From Trypanosoma brucei (lineage: Eukaryota), in the NCBI GenBank assembly GCA_000002445.1, contig CP000071.1, positions 640,001 to 704,000 of the forward strand: a stretch of DNA of 64,000 bases, given 5' to 3'. Position numbers and translations under genes: made by a program. Shown piece by piece: positions 32,587-44,239 of the stretch. Each line of letters opens with the position of its first letter. Within the stretch, counting starts at the first letter, position 1. The notes below the pieces were generated by a model that made no database searches, was not told where the DNA came from, and saw only the letters and a program-made list of their open reading frames with translations.

Positions 32587-34369
32587 CACATGATTAACTT
32601 CTCCTTTCTTATACTCCTTTTGGACGTAAAGGTGGGGCATGTGCATCTAATTTCCACCCGAATGTTCTCTCTACACCTGTCTGTGTATGCGTGTGCTTTG
32701 AACTCCTGATTCAAATGAGTGTGGAACCAAGGAGTCCCATCCAACTCTTTGCTGGTCAGTGTGTCCGGCGTTTCGTCCTCCACAGATATTTCTTACTCCT
32801 TCTTGCTCATTGCTTATATTTAGGTTCATATTTCCTGTGTTGGGTGGCATTACGTGTTTGCCTGTACTGTACCAGGGTGTGCAGAGACGAATGGGGCTTC
32901 TGTTGATAGCGCTCTCGGTGCGGAGATGAGTCCGCACCTGTTATATTTCCTCTTATATTATGTGTAGCACGTAGAACAGACGAATGATTCAACGTATTGT
33001 TATAATGGTTTCCATGACTTGTTGTATTCCTGATTATTATTATTATTATTATTTTTAGATTAACCTTGACGTGTGCATGCGCCTCTGTCGTTCTCCCGGG
33101 CCTGCAGTGCATTAGCTTCTGCACCCTCCGTTTTTTTCTTTTTAGCGCACAGATCTTCCAATGTCACGCCGTTTCCGCCTATTTTTTTTTTTTAACTGCC
33201 GCCGCCACTACTGTTATATATATATATATATTTCTCGTGGCCGCAGGTCATGTGTGTGAACGTAACGATGTTAAAATTTTTTTCTGCTACAGGAAACTTA
33301 GCGAGACATTTAAAAATATATATGTATATATTTTGACACACACGGCAAGAAAGTCGGTTGTCGCGTAAAGCGTTGGTCACCACTAGCGGACGGATGAAAA
33401 GGACGGAAGCAGGCTTTACAAACTGCCGCTCCAGCTGACTTTTATGTTTTTCATTTCCCCTTTCCTTCCCCCTTGTCCCTTCTTCAGCTTTCTATTGTTT
33501 CAATGAACTCTTTTTTTTTTCTTTTTTTTTCAGTTTTCCTCCCCTGACTCTCCTTCTCTTCTTCCCATTCGCAACATATCAGTGTGGTTTTAACAACCGC
33601 GAAGATGAGGCGATGTGCTTGTAAGATGACGGCGTCATGGTTACTTATCTACAGGCACGGTGCACGGCGTCCATTCGGCAATGCCCCCAACCGCGTTCGT
33701 CCCGTTGAAACCCCGTGTGATTTCTCCAGTTGGCAAAGTAGTCGCGAGGTGAGTGGTTTTTTGGTCATCGTGGCGGTTTTTGCAGTACCTGTGTGGTTCA
33801 TTGTTCTTTCTGGAACACAGGAGGAACGTAAAAGAGAAGTTGTGCTTGAGTGGGCGCGGAAGCAGGCGGAGCGACATGGACACGAGAGCAATAATAGTGG
33901 TGCTGAAGAAAAGGTGTGAGGAGGAGCAACTGCTAGCTTGTATTCTTATGCGTGTTGTTGTGACTTCGCGCGAATGGAAACACTCTGGCTGTTTTCCTTT
34001 TCTGATGTTGGAGTGGCTCGTATTCGCAGTGTTGTGGGAGCCATAACGACCCCCCCCCCCCCATGCCTCGGGGAGTTGCCTCTCCCCTCATATTCCTTCG
34101 TTGTCCCTCTGCACTGTTTTTACGCATCGTGGTTTTTGGCTGTTGTCAATTATAACTGATCCTAATTTCTTCCCGCTTCTCACTCCTTTACCGTTTTCAA
34201 TCCACTCTTTGCATACAGTTGGAGACAGGGCGGTGGCGTTTAACCTTGCACTTCACCTTCTTATTTAGGTGGGTTCTTCCAGCCGTCACCACCCGTGGGC
34301 TGAAGGCCACAGAGGCTGCATCTCGACGCAGGAAGAAACGCAACGATTAACGCTAGTTGGAAGCACCGA

Positions 34370-34867
34370 GTGATGCGACGCCGTGGGTCCACACTTTTCT
34401 GTGAGGGTGCAGTTTTAACGTGGAGGCGCTCTTTTGCTCGGGGCCGGCCGTACACACCACTCGGTACTGTACAGGACTTCACATCTTCTCCACACCACGC
34501 ACAACTCGCGGAGAAGCAGCGCGAGTTGGACCGGATGTGTGGCCGGCCGCCCTCACATCTTTACGAAGGGCCCACCATCACAACCCCTCACGGGGCCCGG
34601 CCACTCTTCGAGCGAGACATGCGCGACGACCCGCGAAATGACGAGCTGCCGGAGCATTACGTGGCGGCGCAGCAGCGGATGGCGGTGTTACAAAGTGACA
34701 GCTATGGAGAATCAATACGTGGAGTGGTGGCACCGCCGCCTCCTCTGGGGGAGTTTGATGCGGTAAGGGCATATCAAACGCCGCGGGTGGAACTTGGGAC
34801 GGTTTGGTGGACTGCCATGGCGACGATTGTATTGATATTTTTGCTGATGGTGAGATATGGACATTAA
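34370..34867 (+). CDS. hypothetical protein with C-terminal TM segment (tail-anchored-like)
   Basis: 165-aa ORF ending in a hydrophobic WWTAMATIVLIFLLMV stretch; weak support, GC-rich region with overlapping alternative frames. Confidence 0.25.
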   Translation: MMRRRGSTLFCEGAVLTWRRSFARGRPYTPLGTVQDFTSSPHHAQLAEKQRELDRMCGRPPSHLYEGPTITTPHGARPLFERDMRDDPRNDELPEHYVAAQQRMAVLQSDSYGESIRGVVAPPPPLGEFDAVRAYQTPRVELGTVWWTAMATIVLIFLLMVRYGH

Positions 34868-35665
34868 GCGGGGGTGTCTGCGGAATAAAGCGCATGAAGG
34901 TGTTTGGCTGCCCTACTATGTACACACATTTGTGGATATGTGCTGTACCGTATTATCTTTCTTTGCGTTATGCTGTAACTTGCTACTGTTAAACGGGGCC
35001 CCACTGTTGCTATTGTGCAAGCGCCTGCTAACGCGTTTCGCCTTTTGACCATCGGTTGTCTTAATCTGCATTCTGCGGTTTGTTTCTCCCCCTGTGAGGT
35101 GTAGCAAACATTGACGCCGCAACTGTGGTCTTTGGCGTGTTACGCAAAGAAAAATGACTCGAATACCTGGGGTCATCACATCATTGTCGCAAGGCAAATG
35201 TTTATCGTTCGCATCTGCCGTTCATTACTCTACCACAACTACTCCCGTGCTCCAGAGTAAATTGACTCTAAGCCAGAAGCGGCTCCGCCCGAAACGGAAG
35301 CCAAAACTTGGGCCCTCCGTGCCACTCTGCATTCTGATCCTACTAGGCGCATCATACATGACGTACACCACGCGAAAGTCGTCCAACGACGACAGGATGT
35401 TTCGGTGAGACGCAACAGTGAGTGGATAGTCCGTTTCGTTAATTCGGTTGACACGGGTGGTTTAAAGGAATGGAGGGTAAAAGCTGTAGGATGGTCGTAA
35501 GCAGGCTGTAGCATGATGAGGGCTCATATATATATATATATATATGTTGTATGCATATTGTATATATTCGTCGAATATTGGTGCCCCATTGCCCCATCCG
35601 CCTTTTTTCTCTCCTCTTGCATTTTGTGTTTGGGTGAGATATTGCCCTGGTTTTAGTAGTAACCG

Positions 35666-36235
35666 ATGAGGCAATGCAGCAGAACAATAAACGGATTGGG
35701 GGTATCTTGTTTCAGCCCGTGTATGTGGAAGGAATGCACTTCACGTAGAGGCAAACACACGATTGCAAAAGGAAAGCAGGTGATTACAGAAGAAAGGGAA
35801 GTGAGGAGAGAACCAACAGCTTCCAAGGCTAATTTGCCTCTCCGGGAAGCGTCTTACATAACTCGCAGCGTGAAGCGGTTTCTCACCACATCGTCCAGAG
35901 ACCGGTGGAACCGACGAGATGTGATTTGTCCAAGACAATACGCACGGGAGTATCGAAATCGTTTCCAGAAGGTAAATGATGCCTTTCACAGTGCCGGAAA
36001 GAAGGGAAGAATGTACTCATTTGAAGCTATAACGCTTCAGTTCAGTGGTGTGGAGTGGTCCTACTTAATTCTCCCTGCAACCTTGGCACTGTTTGTCATT
36101 GTTTTTATCGGTATTGTTGAGAGAAGGCGGCGGGGAGGGGAACTGTTGGTGCTTCAGCAGCAGGTGGAAGCATGGGCTGCAGAGAGAAGCAGAAGCGACC
36201 CGTACCTAGAAACAGTTGGGAGTACAAGAGGATGA
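35666..36235 (+). CDS. hypothetical protein with one predicted TM segment
   Basis: 189-aa ORF with TM LILPATLALFVIVFIGIV followed by RRRRG; no domain recognised. Confidence 0.25.
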   Translation: MRQCSRTINGLGVSCFSPCMWKECTSRRGKHTIAKGKQVITEEREVRREPTASKANLPLREASYITRSVKRFLTTSSRDRWNRRDVICPRQYAREYRNRFQKVNDAFHSAGKKGRMYSFEAITLQFSGVEWSYLILPATLALFVIVFIGIVERRRRGGELLVLQQQVEAWAAERSRSDPYLETVGSTRG

Positions 36236-36673
36236 TACTCTCGTCTGCTTGTTTACTCACTCACTCACATCTTTAAAAACACTTTCCTTTTTTGTCTCTT
36301 CTTGGACTTTCAACCTTACCCATAACTTTCTGTTCGTAATATTTATCCTTTTTTTTTGCTCCCACGGTTTCAACAGTCATAAGCGGTGCGGAAGGGAGAA
36401 GTTTAAGAAGAATTAGATAGCAAAAAGGAAGGAGTGAAAGTTTGCATTAGCAAACAGGCAAACAAAATAGACGATTAGGTCCAATTTTTACGCGTAAAGC
36501 AGTACGGGAAAGAGGAAATTTGAAAAGGGAATAAGAGTTATCGACGGTAGTGGCAAAAGCACAGGCGGCGCGACGACACACGCTTACATATACATATTTA
36601 TTTATTTATTTGCAAACGGTGAAAAATCTAAAAGAGGGCAGGAGAGAAGAATAAAAAGAAGAGGAAGGGGATT

Positions 36674-37243
36674 ATGTCACAGCAGGTTGGAGAGGTTCCT
36701 TCACCGTATGCCCACTCCACGCTGGACGAACCCGTCCTTGAGACCATCAAGCGGGACTTCTTTGCTATTGGACGAAAGCTGCTTGCCGTTCTCATCCCTC
36801 CGTTGGGATCGAAGAGTGACTTGCGGGACTGGGAGCTCTGGGGACCCTTGTTGTTCTCCTTAACACTTGCCATTATATTGGCTTTATCCGCTGGGGAGCA
36901 TCAGGGGGGGCTCATATTCTCTGCTGTGTTTGTGCTCGTTTGGGTGGGTGCCGCGCTCGTAACACTCAACGCGAAATTTCTAGGCAGTCCCATCTCCTTT
37001 TTCCAAACGGTATGTGTGATGGGTTACTGCATGGCACCACTTTGTGTTGGTGCTATCATTGGTGTGTTGATTCCAAGCTTTTGGGTTTCATTGGTTGTTT
37101 CGTCCTTTGTGTGGGTTTGGTGCTGCTGGGCCGCGCTGTGCTCCTTCCGCGGTTGTGTCTCGCCTGATCGCGAAATGCTAGTTGTATACCCTGTTGGTCT
37201 CTTTTATCTTTTCATGACCTGGATGGTGATGGTTGGATCTTAG
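36674..37243 (+). CDS. Yip1-domain family membrane protein (YIPF6-like)
   Basis: RDWELWGPLLFSLTLAI motif typical of the Yip1 domain, followed by 4-5 TM helices; 189 aa. Confidence 0.65.
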   Translation: MSQQVGEVPSPYAHSTLDEPVLETIKRDFFAIGRKLLAVLIPPLGSKSDLRDWELWGPLLFSLTLAIILALSAGEHQGGLIFSAVFVLVWVGAALVTLNAKFLGSPISFFQTVCVMGYCMAPLCVGAIIGVLIPSFWVSLVVSSFVWVWCCWAALCSFRGCVSPDREMLVVYPVGLFYLFMTWMVMVGS

Positions 37244-37936
37244 CTGGTGATTGTGTGCGTGTGTCTGTGTCTCTGTGTAACGAAGGTGATTGAATCACGT
37301 AGGGGATCGAGACGAAAGAAGAAAACAAAGGGGATAGAAGCTGGGGAGAATGTGTAAGGATGGAGGGGGAGAGGGGGGAAATGGTACCAAAATAAAATGT
37401 TGCTATACGGAATGTGAGAAAAGGGATGTTCTCTTTTCCTTTGTCCTCTTTACTTCGCTATTGCTTGCGAACACCTCTACTTCGCTAAATGCCCTCATCT
37501 GGTCATTCATTTCGTTGACTTAACCTCAGTAACCATATATCATTTTTGTATTCGTGTGCTACCTCTCACCAAAGAGTTGTTGTTGGTGCGGTTTCTACTT
37601 TGCTTCCTTTTTGTGCTTTCGGTTTTTTTGAACATGTATTGCACTGAATATAAATTCCCTTGTTTCCGACACACACACACAATTAAACTCGTGCTGCTAC
37701 ACCTACGCGAGTGCAACGGTGTGCATCCACCCCAGTTTTACAGAAGAATGTATGAGTGGGTTGGTTCTGTTGTTATATTCTCACCTACTATTATTTTCGC
37801 TCCTATACACGACCCCTATTTGGAAGGTGGAGAGAAGTGGCGCATAAATAATATCGTTCAAGGAGCCAGTATCTCTGTGGCTGTAAAAAAGAAGAGAAAA
37901 AGTCCAACATACCCCTTATTCCGAGTCAAAGGCGTA

Positions 37937-38743
37937 ATGGAAGCTCCCGCTGCAGTTGTCACCGGGGCAGCGAAGCGCATCGGGCGGGCGATTGCCGTGA
38001 AGCTCCACCAAACAGGCTACCGTGTTGTGATTCACTACCACAATTCTGCTGAAGCTGCGGTGAGCCTCGCAGACGAGCTGAACAAGGAGCGCAGCAACAC
38101 AGCTGTGGTGTGTCAGGCTGACCTCACAAACAGTAATGTGTTGCCTGCGAGCTGCGAGGAAATTATAAACAGCTGTTTCCGTGCCTTCGGCCGCTGCGAC
38201 GTGCTGGTCAACAATGCCTCAGCATTCTATCCGACACCACTCGTTCAAGGGGACCATGAGGATAATTCAAATGGAAAAACAGTCGAAACGCAGGTGGCAG
38301 AGCTGATTGGCACAAACGCCATCGCACCGTTCCTACTAACAATGTCGTTCGCCCAAAGGCAAAAGGGTACAAACCCGAACTGTACGTCGTCGAATCTTTC
38401 CATTGTGAATCTCTGCGATGCCATGGTGGATCAGCCATGCATGGCCTTCTCCCTGTACAACATGGGTAAACACGCATTGGTTGGTCTGACGCAGTCGGCA
38501 GCGCTGGAGTTGGCCCCTTACGGCATTCGTGTTAACGGTGTGGCACCCGGCGTGTCCCTCCTTCCAGTTGCTATGGGAGAGGAGGAAAAGGATAAATGGC
38601 GGCGAAAGGTTCCTTTGGGACGACGTGAGGCATCAGCAGAACAAATCGCAGATGCTGTCATATTTTTGGTATCTGGAAGCGCGCAGTACATCACCGGTTC
38701 CATCATCAAAGTGGACGGTGGGTTAAGCCTTGTGCATGCCTAA
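37937..38743 (+). CDS. PTR1: pteridine reductase 1 (short-chain dehydrogenase/reductase)
   Basis: 268 aa from MEAPAAVVTGAAKRIGRAIA (Rossmann TGxxxRIG). Catalytic Y-x3-K in NMGKHALVGLTQSAALELAPYGIRVNGVAPG. Matches trypanosomatid PTR1 almost residue for residue as I recall it. The ORF-track extension back to 37556 is an over-call. Confidence 0.9.
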   Translation: MEAPAAVVTGAAKRIGRAIAVKLHQTGYRVVIHYHNSAEAAVSLADELNKERSNTAVVCQADLTNSNVLPASCEEIINSCFRAFGRCDVLVNNASAFYPTPLVQGDHEDNSNGKTVETQVAELIGTNAIAPFLLTMSFAQRQKGTNPNCTSSNLSIVNLCDAMVDQPCMAFSLYNMGKHALVGLTQSAALELAPYGIRVNGVAPGVSLLPVAMGEEEKDKWRRKVPLGRREASAEQIADAVIFLVSGSAQYITGSIIKVDGGLSLVHA

Positions 38744-38808
38744 CAAAAAAGAATTTAAATGTCGTAAGGGAGAGTCATGTGTAAACGTTTATAGCTGACT
38801 CTTACATG

Positions 38809-38809
38809 C

Positions 38810-38854
<45 letters not shown>
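38809..38854. repeat. (TA)10 followed by (GT)13 compound microsatellite
   Basis: tatatatatatatatatatgtgtgtgtgtgtgtgtgtgtgtgtgt. Confidence 0.9.
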
Positions 38855-38857
<3 letters not shown>

Positions 38858-39739
38858 TCCCTCGTTCGCAGACGTGGAAGGCCCCGCAACCTACGTTGGA
38901 ATACTTGGTGCGTTTGTACGATGGGTGGCAACACAGTGTGCCATAATAATTATTATACTAACCATTATCATTGTTGTGCTGTTTCTTTTGTCGGCTATAC
39001 TCTTATCTCTTAGCGTAATGCCCATTGGGGTGGTTTGTGTTGGATGGGCAACCAGTGGCTGCGGGTAACTGTTTTGTTACATGTTCTGCTGCCACAGTCG
39101 GAACACCTTTTTTAAAATTTTCCTCACAGGCACAGTTACACAACGCAAAGTGGGGAGCGTGGTACATCCGAGGAAAATCATGATTGTGTATCTGCGGGTG
39201 CATGACATTGCATTTACCAGTGCTGTAGTGCAGATCGTAGTGCTCATTCTTCGCACTTGAGGCTGTGTGCTTTGTTTGAGCTACTCGCAGCGCGAACCGA
39301 AAGGAAAACAATGGTGTCTGCCCTTGCGTTCAGCAGAATGATATAAATAGCCCATAATGTGGTTTCTTTTTATTTTGATTTCTTCAACCTTATGTTCGTG
39401 TTAATACCTGTTTCTTCTTTGTACCCAACGAGTTTACCAGGAACCGTGGTGGTGAAATCAGGAGGTGGGCGTTGGAGGGTTCCGCTTATTTTCCTGCTCA
39501 TTCCCCTTGCAGTGGCCCTGTGCTCTGTTTATTAACCCGTATTGTCGCGACACCAGTTTGGAGGGTGTCTCGGTCCCGAGGAGCGCTCACGCATGCTTTC
39601 CACGGTGCGCGATCGTTGTTTTGATTTTATTTTTTCCCCCTTTTTTCTGTTCTCTTTCGCTACTCTTCGTACCCTCCCCTTCTTTTAAAGTAAACACACT
39701 ACTTGAGTGTAGCGTAAATTGTTAGTCTAGGGGAACGTT

Positions 39740-42700
39740 GTGGCTCACGCCATGGATACAACCAATGGCGGTGGGAACTGTAACGTTCGGGGCCTTGGGG
39801 GAAGTCTCATTCGGCTGTTGGAACTTTACCCTGTTAAGCAAGTAGCTGCCGATGAGGGAACCACGGAAACGGAGCAGGGTATGAGCAAAGAAGAAGTTAA
39901 CTCACCGTCACCGGTGAAATCGCAGAGGGAAGGGAACATGAAAAGGAATCGTGTGGTGAATTCCCATCCGCCCAAACAAGATGTACTAGATTGTGCCGAA
40001 GTGGGTCAGTACCTGATTGCGACGGGAAGTAAGGACAAGGTGTCGGCAATGCAAGCAAACGTTCTTGAGGTCAGATCGGCGCTCAGTGCTCCGTCTCCTG
40101 TGGCCATACCGAACGCGAATCAGTGTCCCTCGAACGTTCTCCTGACTCCTCTAGTACCTACCGGCGAGTATGTACCGTCCTATGACACGAAGGAGCAAAT
40201 AAAATATTCACTCGTCGGCGAGCCGGGCACTAGGTGCCAATCTCCTTTGCCTCTCTTCCGCGGGAGCCGTGTCGACGACCAGGTGCGGGAAGCAACGATG
40301 TTCTTCAGTAACCTCCTCGCAGCTCGGCAACACGAGTGTGCCGATCAGGAAATGGGGCCGCTTCATGGCGGCTCTGGTGCGCCGTATCAGCTGCCAGCGT
40401 TTTATGACATCTTGAGCCGAACCATCGGTACCTCCCGTAGTCGCGAGGCCGGCCAAGAATCGAGGGAAGCGGGTGGTTATCTTCCTCTAATTTCACCAGT
40501 TCATGCCGGTGCAACCTCCTCTGGGCGCCTGTTTAGAGGTGTGCGCCACAGTAGTGCTCGGTTGAGGTCAAATACGCCACTCGGCAATGACTTTTGTGTT
40601 GGTGGAGTATGCGGACTGATGGGTAGAAGACTGATAGGTGTGCCCGTGCATGACCGCAGGCTTAACGCGCATTTGATGTCATCGTGGGAAAAGGGCGTTA
40701 AGGCAAGGTTACCCGCGAGAAAGGCGTTCAAGGCCATAAAGTCCTCATGTTGGTGGCGGCTGGCGGGCTCACGTGAAGGATTGTTGCTGGCTGCGCGGCT
40801 CGTCAACCTCGATGCTGATGTTTACGAAAGTTTGCTGACACGCTGGGTGGATGGAATCCGCCACTCCTATACCCGGTTTGTGACCGTGAATGTTGATGCT
40901 TTTGTCTCAGAGGACATTGGCCAAAATTTAATTACTGGGCCAAGGGGGAGAAAGTTGGGACCTGTATTGCCCTTTAGTGGTTCTGAGGCGGTGATGAACT
41001 CGTTGTTCCCAGGTGACGTCGAATTGAGTGATATGTTGGGTGTGGCTCGACAACTAGGTTATTTGCAAATGGGAGGGGCCCTTTGCGAAGATGATGTGGC
41101 GCGAGTGTTGCAATGTGACACAAGAACTATCCAACGGGAGCTGCGTCGGCTCATGCTCCAGCGAAGTGGAGGGACCGTGCAGCCACTCGGTGTATTACCC
41201 ATATTTGAAGGGAAGGGATGCCGTTTATACGAACCTAATACCGCTATCAGACAGATTTCGAGGGCAATTCTGCGTGCGAGACGGAGGGCTGCAGCGGAGG
41301 AGGCCAAGAAGAAGGGCAGGAAAATTAGATTCAGCCTGCTTCCGGACGTTACGACGTGCTCTAGGGTTCTGCAGCGCCGTCTTCAAAAGATCGCCGCCAG
41401 CAGGCCAGGGGATGTTCAGGCTCTACTTGAGCAACTGGGGGTGCTTGCCGACGCCGTTAATAGCGGAGGATTAGAGAGTATAAAAAGCTGCCCCGAAGTG
41501 TTGAGTCGTCTCCAGGAAATTATTGCGGACATGCCCCCCGATGTGCAAGCTTCACTTCAGCAGCTGGGGTTCCTCACTGACGATAGCGGTAGGATTTCGG
41601 TGAGTTCTGACGGGCGGCCTCGTGTTTCCCGGGGCCGTTCCAGGAAGGCAGCAAACGTTGTGCCTAGCAACGTTCACAAATTTTTGAAGAAGCTGGACAA
41701 TATTTCTCGAACTATCACTGGTGGTGGCCCCCCGGAGTCGGATGGCTCCGCTGAACTTCTGCAGCGCGGTCTTCAAGAGATCGCCGCCAGCAGGCCAGGG
41801 GATGTTCAGGCTCTACTTGAGCAACTGGGGGTGCTTGCCGACGCCGTTAATAGCGGAGGATTAGAGAGTATAAAAAGCTGCCCCGAAGCGTTGAGTCGTC
41901 TCCAGGAGATTGCTGCCAGCATGCCTCCCGACGTACGAGCTTCACTTCAGCAGCTGGGGTTCCTTCCAGATGGTGACGGCGTAATTGGCGTTGAAAATTT
42001 GTGTGAAGTGGCGAAAAGACAGCAGGAACTAAGTTCTGGTGCTCCTCACCCGTCGGAGGGAATGCGGGGTGCGACAACTGAGGGGTTGAAGAGTCCAACA
42101 GAAGGCGCCTCGTTCAGTGTATCTGCACGCCGCAAAATTCGAAGGAGGACACCAAAAGTAGTGAAAATGGCAGCAGCAGACGAGAAGGGACCTATTGTAC
42201 ACAACGTGCCTCCATCTTCTGTGAAGGACCAAGGCGAAGGTCCCGCTGCCAGGGATAAATCGGCACTCTCCGCCTCCTCTCCGTTAGGTGACGAAGCAAC
42301 TGCCTGGCCCGGAAACCACGCGGCATTCGCCGTCGATGAGTCGGAGGCCGATGCAAAAGACCAGAGTTGGGAAGATACCGCATTTGGGACCAAAAAGGGG
42401 CTGTTGAAGAAGAGACGACGGTTGAGAAGTAAGACGTCCAGCGAGCTCGAGACCCTCACCGATGACGATGCAGAGAGGGCACTCTTTGCGGACAAGCATG
42501 CCAGTTTCGGCAAGCGGTCGTCCCCTGGAAGGTTTAGAGGGCGTACATCGCCCATGGGGGTTTTGGGAATTGAAAGTTTTCCAACTAGTGGAGATGCTGA
42601 TGATCCATTATCGGGCTTCGTTGCATCTCAGCTGAAGGAAAGCTATTCGGGGCCTCAGGAGGGTGAAGAAACAGACGATTACGAGTATACTCCGCGCGAG

Positions 42701-44239
42701 AGGAGCAGGATGAATCGATCAAGAGCACAGCCTGTGTTTTCTGAATGGGACACCGAACAACTACCCCCACAGTTGCCTTCTGGTGCCAAGGATCCCAGGC
42801 TCTTATCGCAGACGGCGAGCATATTGGTGTTTCCTAACAGCGGGAGGAGAGGAAGCAGAGCAGCATCCGTTGCGTCGCGAACGGCATGTAGTGATACTGA
42901 AAGTGTTCGAGGCGTGGAGGACCCGTGGGAGCTCAGCAGCATGTTCAGCAACGATGATAATGAACTTGCGCTGTTTCTCGCAACATTCCCTGATGAGGAA
43001 CGCCACGTACAATTGCGTCGGGAGGCGCACCGTGTCTTGGATGACATCAATGCCGGAAGCAAAGTTCTGGAGGAGTACGCGATAAAATTGAAGGTGCGGC
43101 CCTCGAGCATGGGCCCGTCTGCCGGAGCCGGAGGTGGAATGCAGCCGTGCGAGCAAGAGTGGACTGAACGGGACGAGCAGATGGAGAAGCGTATGCTTGA
43201 GTGCAGAGTGGACATTCAGAGCATGGTGGAGCGCTTCAAGGCAGAGGCGCAGGAGGAGTATGCCGACCTCTGGCGTACGCTTCAGGAGCTTCGGAAACGA
43301 GTGGAGGTCCAAGAAGCTTTGCTTGAGGAGACCAAGTTGGATATAAACCGTCTTTCGTATCCTATGGAGGGTGAAGACACTGATGCCTTCGCACTGAGGC
43401 TGACGCGCGAGGTGAATGCATTTGCCGAACAAAACAAACTGGACCCGCAGCAGCTGAAAGATTTGACAACCGCGAAGCAGGACCGTGAAGCCGCCGTGCG
43501 CAGCTTTCTAGAAAGCTTTGCGCGAACGCGCGGCCGACGGGGAGGTGTAAGTGTTGGGTGCCAATGCACACCAAAAGATCTGGGGTACATCGACACGGAA
43601 GTACTAGAACTTAACAAACAAATGGAGGATCTACAATACCATGCACGTGGCCTGCTTAATTCGATTAAGCTTGTTGTTATATCTATGGGGAATGTACTAA
43701 GTTTCCACTCCGCACTTGAGCTGGAGTCGACATGCAAGCGTTGCTTTTGTATCTTCGAGGAACCCCGGACCTTATGGCCCTGTGGACATTCGTTTTGCTT
43801 GCATTGCCTTACGCAGATGATCTCCAAGGGAGGCGAACTTATATGCGATGAATGTGGGACGCTCTGCCTGGTTGGTTACACACCGAACTTTGCCATTGAA
43901 ATGGTGGCCGGCTACCAACTTATGTGGATCAACTCCGCTGAGGACGATGTGAGCGAGGATTCCTTGTGTAGTTCACCTTCCCCCAAAAGCAGCCTCACGA
44001 GCAGTAACAGTAAAGGCAGTAAACCCTCATCTCATGCAGGGCAAAAGCGTCGTACAGTTGAGAAGGTGCTGGCGGGTCTGCTAAAGGACCTTCTTAGTAC
44101 ACAGGGCTCAGGCAAAGCCACAAGGAAGACAGAGCGGAAGTCAAAGAAGCCCTCCAAGTCAACCTCTGGCGAGTTACCTCTACCGCCGTTGAAAGGGGGC
44201 CTTCCACCGTCGGCGGCAACTAAGGTTCAGTGTGCTTGA
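39740..44239 (+). CDS. large RING-finger (C3HC4) protein with coiled-coil and an internal 130-aa repeat; putative E3 ubiquitin ligase
   Basis: C-terminal CKRCFCIFEEPRTLWPCGHSFCLHCLTQMISKGGELICDECGTLC is a RING-HC. Long coiled-coil before it. Two copies of LQ(R/K)IAASRPGDVQALLEQLGVLADAVNSGGLESIKSCPE.LSRLQEI..MPPDV.ASLQQLGFL. Confidence 0.75.
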   Translation: MAHAMDTTNGGGNCNVRGLGGSLIRLLELYPVKQVAADEGTTETEQGMSKEEVNSPSPVKSQREGNMKRNRVVNSHPPKQDVLDCAEVGQYLIATGSKDKVSAMQANVLEVRSALSAPSPVAIPNANQCPSNVLLTPLVPTGEYVPSYDTKEQIKYSLVGEPGTRCQSPLPLFRGSRVDDQVREATMFFSNLLAARQHECADQEMGPLHGGSGAPYQLPAFYDILSRTIGTSRSREAGQESREAGGYLPLISPVHAGATSSGRLFRGVRHSSARLRSNTPLGNDFCVGGVCGLMGRRLIGVPVHDRRLNAHLMSSWEKGVKARLPARKAFKAIKSSCWWRLAGSREGLLLAARLVNLDADVYESLLTRWVDGIRHSYTRFVTVNVDAFVSEDIGQNLITGPRGRKLGPVLPFSGSEAVMNSLFPGDVELSDMLGVARQLGYLQMGGALCEDDVARVLQCDTRTIQRELRRLMLQRSGGTVQPLGVLPIFEGKGCRLYEPNTAIRQISRAILRARRRAAAEEAKKKGRKIRFSLLPDVTTCSRVLQRRLQKIAASRPGDVQALLEQLGVLADAVNSGGLESIKSCPEVLSRLQEIIADMPPDVQASLQQLGFLTDDSGRISVSSDGRPRVSRGRSRKAANVVPSNVHKFLKKLDNISRTITGGGPPESDGSAELLQRGLQEIAASRPGDVQALLEQLGVLADAVNSGGLESIKSCPEALSRLQEIAASMPPDVRASLQQLGFLPDGDGVIGVENLCEVAKRQQELSSGAPHPSEGMRGATTEGLKSPTEGASFSVSARRKIRRRTPKVVKMAAADEKGPIVHNVPPSSVKDQGEGPAARDKSALSASSPLGDEATAWPGNHAAFAVDESEADAKDQSWEDTAFGTKKGLLKKRRRLRSKTSSELETLTDDDAERALFADKHASFGKRSSPGRFRGRTSPMGVLGIESFPTSGDADDPLSGFVASQLKESYSGPQEGEETDDYEYTPRERSRMNRSRAQPVFSEWDTEQLPPQLPSGAKDPRLLSQTASILVFPNSGRRGSRAASVASRTACSDTESVRGVEDPWELSSMFSNDDNELALFLATFPDEERHVQLRREAHRVLDDINAGSKVLEEYAIKLKVRPSSMGPSAGAGGGMQPCEQEWTERDEQMEKRMLECRVDIQSMVERFKAEAQEEYADLWRTLQELRKRVEVQEALLEETKLDINRLSYPMEGEDTDAFALRLTREVNAFAEQNKLDPQQLKDLTTAKQDREAAVRSFLESFARTRGRRGGVSVGCQCTPKDLGYIDTEVLELNKQMEDLQYHARGLLNSIKLVVISMGNVLSFHSALELESTCKRCFCIFEEPRTLWPCGHSFCLHCLTQMISKGGELICDECGTLCLVGYTPNFAIEMVAGYQLMWINSAEDDVSEDSLCSSPSPKSSLTSSNSKGSKPSSHAGQKRRTVEKVLAGLLKDLLSTQGSGKATRKTERKSKKPSKSTSGELPLPPLKGGLPPSAATKVQCA
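41371..41967 (+). repeat. Intragenic tandem duplication with 390-bp period: about 207 bp at 41371-41577 is near-identical to 41761-41967
   Basis: gcagcgc(c/g)gtcttcaa(a/g)agatcgccgccagcaggccaggggatgttcaggctctacttgagcaactgggggtgcttgccgacgccgttaatagcggaggattagagagtataaaaagctgccccgaag... present twice. Confidence 0.85.

Noticed and set aside
37556-37936. 5' extension of the PTR1 ORF (395 aa in the ORF track)
   Set aside because: The extension is hydrophobic and T-rich (FLLCFLFVLSVFLNMYC) and precedes the canonical MEAPAAVVTGAAKRIG Rossmann start; it is upstream UTR read in frame.
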